DNA of 64,000 bases from an uncultured Bacteroidota bacterium (GTDB taxonomy: Bacteria > CLD3 > SB21 > JBBIRG01). Shown one piece after another: positions 20,323 to 29,673 of this stretch (position 1 is the first letter of the stretch; each line of letters starts with the position of its first letter). Where the stretch lies: contig CAZSRX010000016.1 of assembly GCA_964609675.1 (NCBI GenBank), positions 1,659 through 65,658 on the forward strand, written 5' to 3'. A model generated the notes under the pieces. The model saw only the letters and a program-made list of their open reading frames with translations. It was not told the DNA's origin and searched no databases. The position numbers and the translations under genes are program-made.

Positions 20323-22449
20323 TCAGTAAGCGAGTAACGTTTCGAGTTTATTTTTAATATCTTCTTCGTTTACTAAAACGGCCGCTTCGAGTATTCGCGA
20401 GAAGGGCACCGGAGAGTCTTTGCTGCCCAGTCGCATGACCGGGGCGTCGAGAAATTCGAAGCAGGTTTCTGCGATGCGGGCGGCGATTTCGCCGCCGAAC
20501 CCTCCGGTAATTTTATCTTCATGCACCACCAGCGCGCGGCCGGTTTTTTTTACGGATTGCCGGATCGTTTCCATATCGAGCGGAATCAGCGAACGGATAT
20601 CGATGACTTCGACGGAACGGTTTAGTTCGGCCAGTTTTGCGGCGGCGCGGAGCGACCAGTGCACGGTGGTTCCGTAAGTTATTACGGTGGCGTCCGTTCC
20701 GGGCCTGCGGATACGGGCTTTGCCGAACGGGACCACATGATCGGGCCCGGTCTTTGGGCTTTGCGCGAATATCTGGTTGTAGAGGTACTTGGGTTCCAGG
20801 AACAGCGTAACGCCGCGCGAGCGGATGGCGGTTCGCAGCAGGCCGCAGGCGTCATCGGCGAAGGCCGGCACGACGATGCGCAGACCGGGGAGCGCCGCCA
20901 TCAGGCCCTCGACATTCTGCGAGTGATACAATCCGCCGCCGATATAACCGCCACTGGCCAGGCGCAGGACGATGTTGGGGCTGTTTTGGCCGTTCGAGCG
21001 GTAATATTCATGACTGGTTTCCACCACCTGTTCCATAGCCGGCCAGACGTAATCAGCGAACTGCGCGGCTTCGATTACGATGCGGATATCGTCCCGGAAA
21101 CGCGAAAAACCGTTGGCCGTGCCGACGATATAGTCCTCGGCGATCGGCGCGTTAAACACCCGCTCCGGCCCGAATGCCTGCAGCATCCCCTTGGTAACAT
21201 TAAACACGCCGCCCTTGTCTTTGGAGGCAACGTCCTGGCCCCAGAGAAACGTGTGTGGGTTGCGCGTAAATTCTTCGTGCAGGGTCCGGTTAATCGCTTC
21301 GCGGAGTTTCTCCGTCGATTCGCCTTCGGGTACCGGCGTTTCCTCAACTTCCAGCGGTTCCGGTGTGATAAAGTCGGTAGCGGTGGACGGGTCGGGCGTG
21401 GGCGCTTCTTCGGCGCGCCGGGCGGCTTCCTGAACGGTGGTTTCGTTTTCCGTTTCGATGCGCGCCAGTTCTTCTTCCGTGAAAAATTTATTTTCTAACA
21501 AATAATTCCTGAAATTCAGGAGCGGGTCTTTGGAACGGGCTTCTTGCAGTTCTTCGGGTGAGCGGTACAATTCCTGCCGGTCGCTGTTGGAGTGCGAATG
21601 CAGTCGCAGGCAGTCCGCGTGCACCAGCGCCGGCCCTTTGCCGGCATGCACATAATCCAGCGCCGCATCCATGGCGCGGCGGCTGTCAAAGAAATCCTTG
21701 CCGTCGCAGTTGAAAACGCCGAGGTTTTTTAGCCCTTTGTAATTATCCGAAACGACGGGATTGGCCGTCTGCTGGGCAAGCGGCACGCTGATGCCGTAGC
21801 GGTTGTTCTGGATGACAAAGATGACCGGCAGTATCTCTCGGGACGCGCCGTTGAGCGCCTCGTACACATAACCTTCGGAGGACGACGCTTCCCCGAAGCT
21901 GGCGAATGCGATCGCGTCGGATTGGTAATATTTGATTGCCCGCGCTACGCCGACAGCATGCAGCGTGTGGTTGGAAACATTGGAAGATACATTCTCAATC
22001 TGAATCGACGGCTTGGCAAAATGATTGGACATATGCCGGCCGCCGCCCGCCACGTCGTCCCGGCGGCTGAGGCCGTTCAGCATGATTTCCTCCACCGTTA
22101 TTCCCGCCGCCAGGCACGTCAGCTGGTCGCGATAATACGGAAATAAAAAATCTTTACCCGGGCGAAAGGAAAGCCCTAAAGCCAGTTGGATGCCTTCGTG
22201 CCCCGCGCACATGGCCAGATACGACCATCCCTTCGCCTGACGGATGAAACGCGACGCCTGTTCGTCAATGAGCCGGCTGGTATGCGCCAGACGATACCAC
22301 GGCTCTAGCGTCGTCTTATCATAATCGGTTTTGACGGAATTATTTTTTTTCAAGTTGTTAACCCTCTGATTTATTCTTTTCAAAAATAATAACACTTTAA
22401 TAATTATTTTATTTCTGTATTTCAAGTTCATTTTATTCTGCGGATACAT
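20323..22449 (-). CDS. 2-oxoacid dehydrogenase E1 component with fused alpha and beta subunits (TPP-dependent)
   Basis: The N-terminal half has an E1-alpha TPP-binding fold (GHEGIQLALG, ASFGEASSSEG). The C-terminal half has a transketolase-like beta subunit (FNAPIAEDYIVGTANG, LPGLRIVVPA). The ORF track starts at TTG 22470, giving a Lys/Asn-rich extension; ATGs lie at 22449 and 22431. Confidence 0.75.
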   Translation of the reverse strand: MYPQNKMNLKYRNKIIIKVLLFLKRINQRVNNLKKNNSVKTDYDKTTLEPWYRLAHTSRLIDEQASRFIRQAKGWSYLAMCAGHEGIQLALGLSFRPGKDFLFPYYRDQLTCLAAGITVEEIMLNGLSRRDDVAGGGRHMSNHFAKPSIQIENVSSNVSNHTLHAVGVARAIKYYQSDAIAFASFGEASSSEGYVYEALNGASREILPVIFVIQNNRYGISVPLAQQTANPVVSDNYKGLKNLGVFNCDGKDFFDSRRAMDAALDYVHAGKGPALVHADCLRLHSHSNSDRQELYRSPEELQEARSKDPLLNFRNYLLENKFFTEEELARIETENETTVQEAARRAEEAPTPDPSTATDFITPEPLEVEETPVPEGESTEKLREAINRTLHEEFTRNPHTFLWGQDVASKDKGGVFNVTKGMLQAFGPERVFNAPIAEDYIVGTANGFSRFRDDIRIVIEAAQFADYVWPAMEQVVETSHEYYRSNGQNSPNIVLRLASGGYIGGGLYHSQNVEGLMAALPGLRIVVPAFADDACGLLRTAIRSRGVTLFLEPKYLYNQIFAQSPKTGPDHVVPFGKARIRRPGTDATVITYGTTVHWSLRAAAKLAELNRSVEVIDIRSLIPLDMETIRQSVKKTGRALVVHEDKITGGFGGEIAARIAETCFEFLDAPVMRLGSKDSPVPFSRILEAAVLVNEEDIKNKLETLLAY

Positions 22450-22664
22450 TCGGCTGAATTTTGAAATCAATTAATATTAGTTTGAAATATCCGCCGGCGT
22501 AACATCTTCCTATAGATTTTTCTTGAAATAGAAAAAAAAAAATTCTATATAGCTATAAAGTTTGTATTGCTTATCTTAAAGAAAGATGATACGCCTTTCA
22601 TAAGCTGTTCATATAATTTTCTAATTTTAATTTACCACTCATTGATTGAAGGAGCATACCGGAT

Positions 22665-24614
22665 ATGCGATGGAAAATTTTTTTGGTTTTGATTATACTG
22701 CTCGGTTTAAACAACCGGATTGTGCGGGCACAATCCCCAAACGATGTAATCATCAATGAAATACTGAACGGCTCGGTATATAAAGACGCTGTGGAATTGC
22801 TGGTAGTGAAGCCCGGCGGCGTGGATATGCGCGGATGGGTGATTACGGACCTGAACAATCCGGCAGCAACCCCCTCTACGACCGAAGGTTTTTGCACTTT
22901 ACCGATGAACCCTTTCCTGCAGGCCGTACCGCCGTTTACGCGTATCCTTCTTGTTTTTACCAAATCCACCGGCGCGGTATCGCCAAAAGCCGCGCAAGAC
23001 ACAACGGCTTCCGACGACAGCACCCTCGTGCTTTTTTCCTTCGGGCCTGACAGCTTGTTGAATCCTACACCGGCGGGTTCCGGAGTTAATTTAAGCGATA
23101 ATGACAATGTGGTGCTGATAGCCGGGTCAAACCTGTCGAGCGATCCGGTAATTGATAAAGTATTTTATGGAACCGGCAGCGACGGCTGGACCAGCGGTAC
23201 CTGGATGAATAATTTTGCCAATATCACCAGCGGTTATATCGCCTATTTTGTTAATGATTCACTGGGCAATCTTAACAATGATAACGGCGCCTCCGGCAAA
23301 GGATGGACCAGCCCCGCGGCCGAAGCCGGGCACACACTGGGACGGATTAATCCGGGACAATTACTCGGCGGGAGGCCGATACGGTTAGGCGCGGTTACAC
23401 GCACGCCGACTACGCCGGATTCCACGCAATCCGTAACGGTGCAGACGACTATCGGTTTCCTGAACCCGCCGATTACCGCAAAAGTTATATTTTCATACAA
23501 CGCCGTTACCGACAGCGTGACGATGACCAACCCGTCGGATTCCACCTATCAGGGCGTAATTCCAGCCAACCCGCCGGGAACGAAGGTTTATTATTTTATT
23601 AAAGTAACCGATAATCTGAATCATGTGGCTTTATCGGGTACGGACAGTTTTACCGTAAGCACGCCGGTGGTTTTTACTTCTATCGCTAATATACAGGCTA
23701 ATACACCCGCCTATGAAAACCAGATGGTGACCATTACGGGCATCGTCGTCATTGGCGACAGTGTACTCCGGGCCACACCGGCACGGCAGTCCTATGTGGT
23801 TGACCGTAGCATCACGTCCGGCGTCAACGGGATACAGATATACCAAGGCTCATTTACGGCCCCGAAACTGAACCGCGGCGATTCGGTTATTATCACCGGT
23901 AAAGTGATTACCTACAGCGGTACGACGGAAATTACCGATCCGATTACATTGACCGTGGTATCCACGGGAAATTCGATACCGGCGCCCATCAAGCAATCCA
24001 TCTCGCAGGTTATGAACGTGGCCGATGAAGGCAAGTGGGTGCGTATCAAAGGCACGGTGGTGGACAACTGGTCCGCTGTCGGCGGTTACAACGTTAAAGT
24101 GGACGACGGCACCGGCAATGTACTGGTGCGTATCTGGAACTCGACCGGCATTAATGGTTCGGCGTACGCTATCAATTCGGTGTTTACGTTCAATACCATC
24201 ATCGGGATTTACAATAACGCGACGCAGTTGCTGCTGGGATACGCGGCAGATGCCGGGCCGGATACGGCGGGCCAGGGCAATTTCAAAGCGAATATCCGGG
24301 TGTCGCCGCATCCGTTTAATCCCATGGCCGGCGAAAAGATTAAGTATGCACTGGCGTACGGCGAAAACGCGCGTATTGTCCTGCGTGTATTCGACATGAC
24401 CGGCCGGCTGATCACGACTCTGATTGACGAGGTTAAGTACATCGGGCGCGATGAAACGGAGGATCCGTTCCGCACCTGGGATGGCCGTACAATGGAAAGC
24501 AAGCAATTGGTGCCGGTTGGTACGTACATTATGCATCTGGAGGTAACGAATCGAAAAACCGGGAAGAGTTCCACAAAGACCGCGCCGATTGTGATCGGAA
24601 CGAAACTGAAGTAA
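22665..24614 (+). CDS. Secreted surface protein with an N-terminal lamin-tail domain (LTD), two OB-fold-like modules and a T9SS-type C-terminal sorting domain; no nuclease catalytic domain
   Basis: Signal peptide. LTD signature VIINEILNGS...VELLVVKPGGVDMRGWVITDL. Two repeats resembling the OB-fold modules of ExeM-type extracellular nucleases (IANIQANTPAYENQMVTITGIVV; ISQVMNVADEGKWVRIKGTVV). C-terminus HPFNPMAGEKIKYALAYGENARIVLRVFDMTGRLITTL...WDGRT... is T9SS-CTD-like. Confidence 0.6.
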   Translation: MRWKIFLVLIILLGLNNRIVRAQSPNDVIINEILNGSVYKDAVELLVVKPGGVDMRGWVITDLNNPAATPSTTEGFCTLPMNPFLQAVPPFTRILLVFTKSTGAVSPKAAQDTTASDDSTLVLFSFGPDSLLNPTPAGSGVNLSDNDNVVLIAGSNLSSDPVIDKVFYGTGSDGWTSGTWMNNFANITSGYIAYFVNDSLGNLNNDNGASGKGWTSPAAEAGHTLGRINPGQLLGGRPIRLGAVTRTPTTPDSTQSVTVQTTIGFLNPPITAKVIFSYNAVTDSVTMTNPSDSTYQGVIPANPPGTKVYYFIKVTDNLNHVALSGTDSFTVSTPVVFTSIANIQANTPAYENQMVTITGIVVIGDSVLRATPARQSYVVDRSITSGVNGIQIYQGSFTAPKLNRGDSVIITGKVITYSGTTEITDPITLTVVSTGNSIPAPIKQSISQVMNVADEGKWVRIKGTVVDNWSAVGGYNVKVDDGTGNVLVRIWNSTGINGSAYAINSVFTFNTIIGIYNNATQLLLGYAADAGPDTAGQGNFKANIRVSPHPFNPMAGEKIKYALAYGENARIVLRVFDMTGRLITTLIDEVKYIGRDETEDPFRTWDGRTMESKQLVPVGTYIMHLEVTNRKTGKSSTKTAPIVIGTKLK

Positions 24615-24652
24615 ATGATTTATTGGTTTAATATAAAGGTTCTGAGGTATAT

Positions 24653-25606
24653 ATGAATAAAAAAGCGATCCTTCTTCTTGCAATCCTATTGGGATATGCG
24701 CAATGGGGCTTTGGCCAGGTGGCCACGGAGATGCCGCCGCAGGGTCCACGAGCCAGCGCGCTGGCCGGGACGTTTGTTGCCGTTGCCAACGACGGCTGGG
24801 CGATGTTTCATAATCCCGCCGGATTGGCTAACCTGAAATCCATGCAAGCGTTTAGCTCCTATCAGGTGCTGTATATCAATTCCCTGACCAACATGATGGG
24901 CGGATTTGCGCTGCCGTCCGGGACCCTTTTAGGCAGCGACCGGTTCGGAACGGTGGGAATATACTATGAATACCTGAATACGGGGGTGGACAAGGGGCAG
25001 TCGCTGACGGGGCAATCCGAGCGGCTTGCCACAGAGTGGGCGCTGGGGTTTTCTCACGGCATGACACTGCTCAAGGATGTCCGTTCGTCTCTGTCATTCG
25101 GTTATAACCTGAAAATGTATTATCTGGATTACGGTACGTCCGCCGGCATGAGCGGCGACGGCAGCGACGGCACCGATCTGGGAAATATATATAAGCTGGG
25201 GATGGATCTCGGTGTCATGGCTTCCCTGCGCGAGCGGGTGTGGCTGGGCGCTTACCTGATGAATTTCAACCAGCCGAAAATCGGCACTACCGGTCAGGTC
25301 CGGGAACTGCCCCAGAAACTATCTGTCGGCGCTTCGTACATGCCCCATGACGGGGTTCTTACCGCCGTCGGGCTGGAACGGAGTACCAGCAAGAACACCC
25401 GCATCAAAGGCGGCGTCGAAGCCGAACTTGCGGACGTGTCCAATTTTACCGTCCACGGCCGCTTCGGGATAATCTCAAATCCCAACACGTACACCATCGG
25501 TTTCGGGGCGGCCTATCACGGCGTTCATTTTGATTATGCGCTGATGATTCACCCCATACTCAGCACCACGCATCAGTTCGGGCTGATGTATGATTTCGGG
25601 AAATAG
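24653..25606 (+). CDS. Outer-membrane beta-barrel of the PorV/PorQ/FadL-like family (T9SS-associated shuttle-type outer-membrane protein)
   Basis: Signal peptide. N-terminal signature ASALAGTFVAVANDGWAMFHNPAGLANL, characteristic of PorV/PorQ and FadL-like barrels. Alternating hydrophobic beta-strand pattern, 317 aa. Confidence 0.45.
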   Translation: MNKKAILLLAILLGYAQWGFGQVATEMPPQGPRASALAGTFVAVANDGWAMFHNPAGLANLKSMQAFSSYQVLYINSLTNMMGGFALPSGTLLGSDRFGTVGIYYEYLNTGVDKGQSLTGQSERLATEWALGFSHGMTLLKDVRSSLSFGYNLKMYYLDYGTSAGMSGDGSDGTDLGNIYKLGMDLGVMASLRERVWLGAYLMNFNQPKIGTTGQVRELPQKLSVGASYMPHDGVLTAVGLERSTSKNTRIKGGVEAELADVSNFTVHGRFGIISNPNTYTIGFGAAYHGVHFDYALMIHPILSTTHQFGLMYDFGK

Positions 25607-25615
25607 CACGCAACC

Positions 25616-28183
25616 ATGATCCAATCATCAGGAATGACTATGTTTCGAATAACACTTATAACCGCAATTATGCTTGGGGCCGCTCTGAGCCTGCGCGCGC
25701 AGGAAGGGGTTTATCATAAGGACCACAAGCTGGACATTAACAACGCGACGCTCGCTGAAATCGAGCGCCTGCCCATTTCCGGGGAACTGGCGCGGAGGAT
25801 TTACGAGCGGATCCAATATAGCGGGCCGCTGGAAAGCATCTTCGAGCTCAACCAGATCGAGGGCGTGACGCAGGAATTGTTTAACCAATTGAAGCCCATA
25901 ATCGCCGTTCGGCCGTTTGAGAAGGATGAAGACCTGAAGCGCCTCGAGGATAATTATTACAAAATTGAACGCTGGGCAAGCACCTCCGAAGGTACGACCG
26001 AAAATCTTGTCGATCAGTGGTACGACCAGCTCATCAATCCGATTAATATCAATAAAGCGGATTATTTTGACCTGATCAACCTGCCAAACGTCAGCCCGAT
26101 TGATGCGGCGGCAATCGTTAAGCATATCCGCAATCAGGATGAAATCAAAAGCCGCAGCGATCTCCGCGGAGTCAGCGGCCTGGGTAGTTTTGCGTTCAAC
26201 AGCGTGGACGACTTTGTGGTGTACAAGGACCCGGACGAAAAAAACCGGTTCCGGGGTAATTACACCTGGATCTACAAGAACATTCCGTTTATTTCCGGTA
26301 GTTCCGATAATGCCGAGGATATCAAGCAGCTGGTAGAACGCGACAATCCGTGGAACTCCTACCATAAGGCGCGGCTTAAGTACGGCGCCAAATATAAAGC
26401 CGGATTTTCCGCGGAACGCAAGCTCGGTCAGGATCCGTATTTTTATAAATATTATCTGAGTTACGAGGACAAATACGGCGACGATCTGAAAGTCAAAATG
26501 ATTTTTGGTAATTATCTGGCTTCCTTCGGCCACGGCGTGGTGATGGAAAACACCGATTTTTTCTCGTCGCGTAAATCGGGGTTTGGATTCCAGAAACGGG
26601 CGAACGGTATCTTCGGGGATATTTCACGGACTAATGAATTTTCCCTTCGCGGCGCGGCGGCGGAGGCTTCCTGGAAGTGGTTTCGCGCAGACGCCTTTTA
26701 TTCCTACAACACCCGCGATGCGGTCGTCAATCCGGACGGCACGTTTTCCGCGCTGATTGTGATGACCCCGCGGATGCCGTACGGACTGAGCAGCGACACG
26801 CTCAACCGGCCGAACAGCCTGGTGCCGAGCAATATGCGCAATGCCGTCACGGAAATCACTTATGGGGGCCACCTGACCTATTCGTTGGCTCCCGGCATAA
26901 ATATCGGCGCTACGGCCTATGAAAGCCTTTATGACCGGCCCCTCGACTTCCAGATTAATACCGTGCTCAACACCGACGGCAAGCCCAAGTTTCTGAACGA
27001 TTTCGGCAATTCGGTCGATGCCGAGATTGCCGCTTCGTATGAGTCCACAGCCAAGTCATCGATGTGGGACAAAGCCCGGGCTTCGCGTTCCGTGTACGGT
27101 ATGGATTTTACTTATACCTACAAAAACATCGTTTTTTCCGGCGAACACGCCCGGCTGTATAAGCAGGACAGCGTGTACCGGGTAACCGTGAATAACGAAA
27201 CCGTTCGGCGCACGGTCCGCCAGCGCGATCCCCGCGCCACCGTCCTGATGGCCTACACGCAGTTTCGCACGCTGAATTTCCTGGTACTCTACCGGAATTA
27301 CGATCTGCAGTTTGACAATCCCTACCAGCGTTCGTTCTCAAACTATGCGCGGTTCAAGAGTTCCATTTACGAAGACGAGTTTTATCTTGCCGATAACATT
27401 TATTCCGAACTCTGGAGCACATCCTATCAACCCCAGGCCGAGCGCGGGTTCTACACAAATCTCCGGTACCAGATATCGGAGAAATGGCTGACCGCGCTGG
27501 ATTACGATACCTGGACGCGCGTGGCGGACAACATGCGCTATTACCGCTGGGTAACGCGGCTGGAATACCGGCCGTTGTTCAACATGCGTATTCAGGCGAG
27601 CAATAAGTTCCAGTCCCGCGGCTATAACCCGCTGATGCCGACGAGTTATCTGGTCCGCGAATCCATTATTCGCGTGATTCTGCGGCTGTCGCGGTTCGAC
27701 GAAATGACTGTGACATATTTCAACGGGTTTACGGAATGGCCCAGCCGGCCGCGGCTTTCCGACGCGCCCGGCGGCGACGGCAGCGCCGGTAACGACAACG
27801 ATACCCCCCGCGGCAACGCAGGCTCTCCGGGCGATATGTTCGGCGTACAGGTGACACACTATTTTAATAATAATTTTAAAATCATCGGCTCCACCCAAAT
27901 CTACAAGGGCTTCTACTGGACGTTTGAGGATACGGATTTTCGCGTGTTCAATGCGCCGAACGTAGCCACCCGCTACTGGGTCGCCGCTTTTGCCCGGCTG
28001 AGCCCGAACCTGTCCGTGCGCCTGAAATATTCTTACGACCATCAGGAAGCGCAGACAGGCGTGCAGGGCTCGCGAATCCCCGTCAAAGGGGTTACCGATT
28101 ACCGCAATGCGCCCAAGTATGACAATCCGTATATTATAAAGAATAATTCGGACATACGTTTCCAGCTGGATTATAGTTTTTAA
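25616..28183 (+). CDS. Large (855 aa) secreted outer-membrane-type protein with two tandem ComEA-like helix-hairpin-helix DNA-binding modules at the N-terminus and a long beta-rich (barrel-like) C-terminal region
   Basis: Signal peptide (MFRITLITAIMLGAALSLRAQ). HhH module 1: INNATLAEIERLPISGELARRIYERIQYSGPLESIFELNQIEGVTQELFNQLKPII. HhH module 2: ININKADYFDLINLPNVSPIDAAAIVKHIRNQDEIKSRSDLRGVSGLGSFAFNSV. About 600 aa follow, rich in Tyr/Gly/Asn with alternating polarity and ending in an aromatic-rich ...FQLDYSF terminus. Confidence 0.55.
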   Translation: MIQSSGMTMFRITLITAIMLGAALSLRAQEGVYHKDHKLDINNATLAEIERLPISGELARRIYERIQYSGPLESIFELNQIEGVTQELFNQLKPIIAVRPFEKDEDLKRLEDNYYKIERWASTSEGTTENLVDQWYDQLINPININKADYFDLINLPNVSPIDAAAIVKHIRNQDEIKSRSDLRGVSGLGSFAFNSVDDFVVYKDPDEKNRFRGNYTWIYKNIPFISGSSDNAEDIKQLVERDNPWNSYHKARLKYGAKYKAGFSAERKLGQDPYFYKYYLSYEDKYGDDLKVKMIFGNYLASFGHGVVMENTDFFSSRKSGFGFQKRANGIFGDISRTNEFSLRGAAAEASWKWFRADAFYSYNTRDAVVNPDGTFSALIVMTPRMPYGLSSDTLNRPNSLVPSNMRNAVTEITYGGHLTYSLAPGINIGATAYESLYDRPLDFQINTVLNTDGKPKFLNDFGNSVDAEIAASYESTAKSSMWDKARASRSVYGMDFTYTYKNIVFSGEHARLYKQDSVYRVTVNNETVRRTVRQRDPRATVLMAYTQFRTLNFLVLYRNYDLQFDNPYQRSFSNYARFKSSIYEDEFYLADNIYSELWSTSYQPQAERGFYTNLRYQISEKWLTALDYDTWTRVADNMRYYRWVTRLEYRPLFNMRIQASNKFQSRGYNPLMPTSYLVRESIIRVILRLSRFDEMTVTYFNGFTEWPSRPRLSDAPGGDGSAGNDNDTPRGNAGSPGDMFGVQVTHYFNNNFKIIGSTQIYKGFYWTFEDTDFRVFNAPNVATRYWVAAFARLSPNLSVRLKYSYDHQEAQTGVQGSRIPVKGVTDYRNAPKYDNPYIIKNNSDIRFQLDYSF

Positions 28184-28258
28184 ACGGAGCAATTATAGGA
28201 AACACACGGCACGAATAAAAAAAAATACCTAGGATAAAATAAATTCTTCGGAGGTTCT

Positions 28259-29653
28259 GTGAAACGATTAAACCTGTTTATATTCGGATGGACGCTATGC
28301 CTGACGGTGTTGGCGGCGGACATGCTCAGCGCACAAACTTATTTTGATTACATTATCGGCAAGAAACGGGACAGCTTCAACGCCCGGTCGATGGCGTTGG
28401 GTCATACGGGCGCTGTATCCAGCTACCGGGCATCGGCGATTATGACAAACCCCGCGTTGCTGTGGCAGGGTTTTGCGCCCGGTGCGGCGCCGCATCAGGT
28501 GCTGGTGGACGCCTCGTATGTCGCCCTGCGGCCCAGCGAAAACCGTTCTTTCCCTCTGCTGGATACCTTCGGCGACGTGATTACCGAGACGATCTATGCT
28601 ACCAACAGCCCCCTGTATTACAATACCGATATCGGCGCGCTGTACAAATTTAATGATCATTTATATTTCGGTGCGGGGTCGTTTGCGTATTATACGTTTT
28701 ATTACGATTACAAAGAACGGTTATCCGCGCAGTTGCCCAGTTCAGCCGTCAACCGGGATCCCTTTCTGGACAATCAGATTTCTTATGGCAACGGTACCTG
28801 GCGCACGTATTCTTTAAGCGTGAGTACCCACTGGATGGAACAGATTGGATTCGGCGCCACGCTGAATTATATTACGGGTTCGGGATTCCGCGACCATTAC
28901 CGCTACAGCCTGCTGAAAACCGATTACTCCGGAATCCATAACACGATCGATTACCGCAACCGGACCAACGGCGGCCGTTCGATGAATCTTATTCTGGGCG
29001 CTTCGTATCAGGTGACGCCGCATATTCTGCTGGGCGCATCCATGACCATGCCCTGGTCCATCAAGACGAAAGGCAATATCTTTTATCCCGGCATGGATAC
29101 CACGCTGGTATTACCGCGGCATTTCGCGGATACAACCGGCTCTTACGGAAATCCCGTACCGCTGGATATCAAGCATTCGCAGCCCGTACAAGTTTCTCTG
29201 GGCGTAGAATACCGTCCGAAGAACGAGTTGTTCTCCCGCTTCATCGTGGACGTCAATTTCACGAACTGGAAATCCTACAAGCAAACGTTTAGCCGCGCCG
29301 TGCCGGTGCAGGGCGATACGGTAAACGCGTTCCGGCCGCCGTTCAAAGATGTCTGGGACATCCATGTTGGCGTGGAACATATTCTTTTCGGCAGCGTGCC
29401 GCTCCGGTATGGGTTTTCGCACATCGGTTCACCGATGAATAATGCGCTGACCACGACGGCCTTCAGTATCGGTACGGGAAAGGAATGGGACGCGTTTAAA
29501 TTTGACGCGGCCATCGAAATCGCCAACCGGGATTATAAATACCTAATTCTGTTCCCGCAAACGGCCGCCGACCGATCCTCTCTGGACCGGGTGGAAGAAT
29601 CGACAGTAAGTTTCCAGTTCTCAGTGTGCTACCGTTTCGGTTTTGTTAAATAA
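28259..29653 (+). CDS. FadL/PorV-superfamily outer-membrane beta-barrel transporter-like protein
   Basis: GTG start 5 nt after GGAGG. Signal peptide. N-terminal signature ARSMALGHTGAVSSYRASAIMTNPALL of the OMPP1/FadL/TodX and PorV families. 464 aa with beta-strand periodicity and a C-terminal YRFGFVK. Confidence 0.5.
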   Translation: MKRLNLFIFGWTLCLTVLAADMLSAQTYFDYIIGKKRDSFNARSMALGHTGAVSSYRASAIMTNPALLWQGFAPGAAPHQVLVDASYVALRPSENRSFPLLDTFGDVITETIYATNSPLYYNTDIGALYKFNDHLYFGAGSFAYYTFYYDYKERLSAQLPSSAVNRDPFLDNQISYGNGTWRTYSLSVSTHWMEQIGFGATLNYITGSGFRDHYRYSLLKTDYSGIHNTIDYRNRTNGGRSMNLILGASYQVTPHILLGASMTMPWSIKTKGNIFYPGMDTTLVLPRHFADTTGSYGNPVPLDIKHSQPVQVSLGVEYRPKNELFSRFIVDVNFTNWKSYKQTFSRAVPVQGDTVNAFRPPFKDVWDIHVGVEHILFGSVPLRYGFSHIGSPMNNALTTTAFSIGTGKEWDAFKFDAAIEIANRDYKYLILFPQTAADRSSLDRVEESTVSFQFSVCYRFGFVK

Positions 29654-29673
29654 TCTAAAAGAAAAGAGTACCT

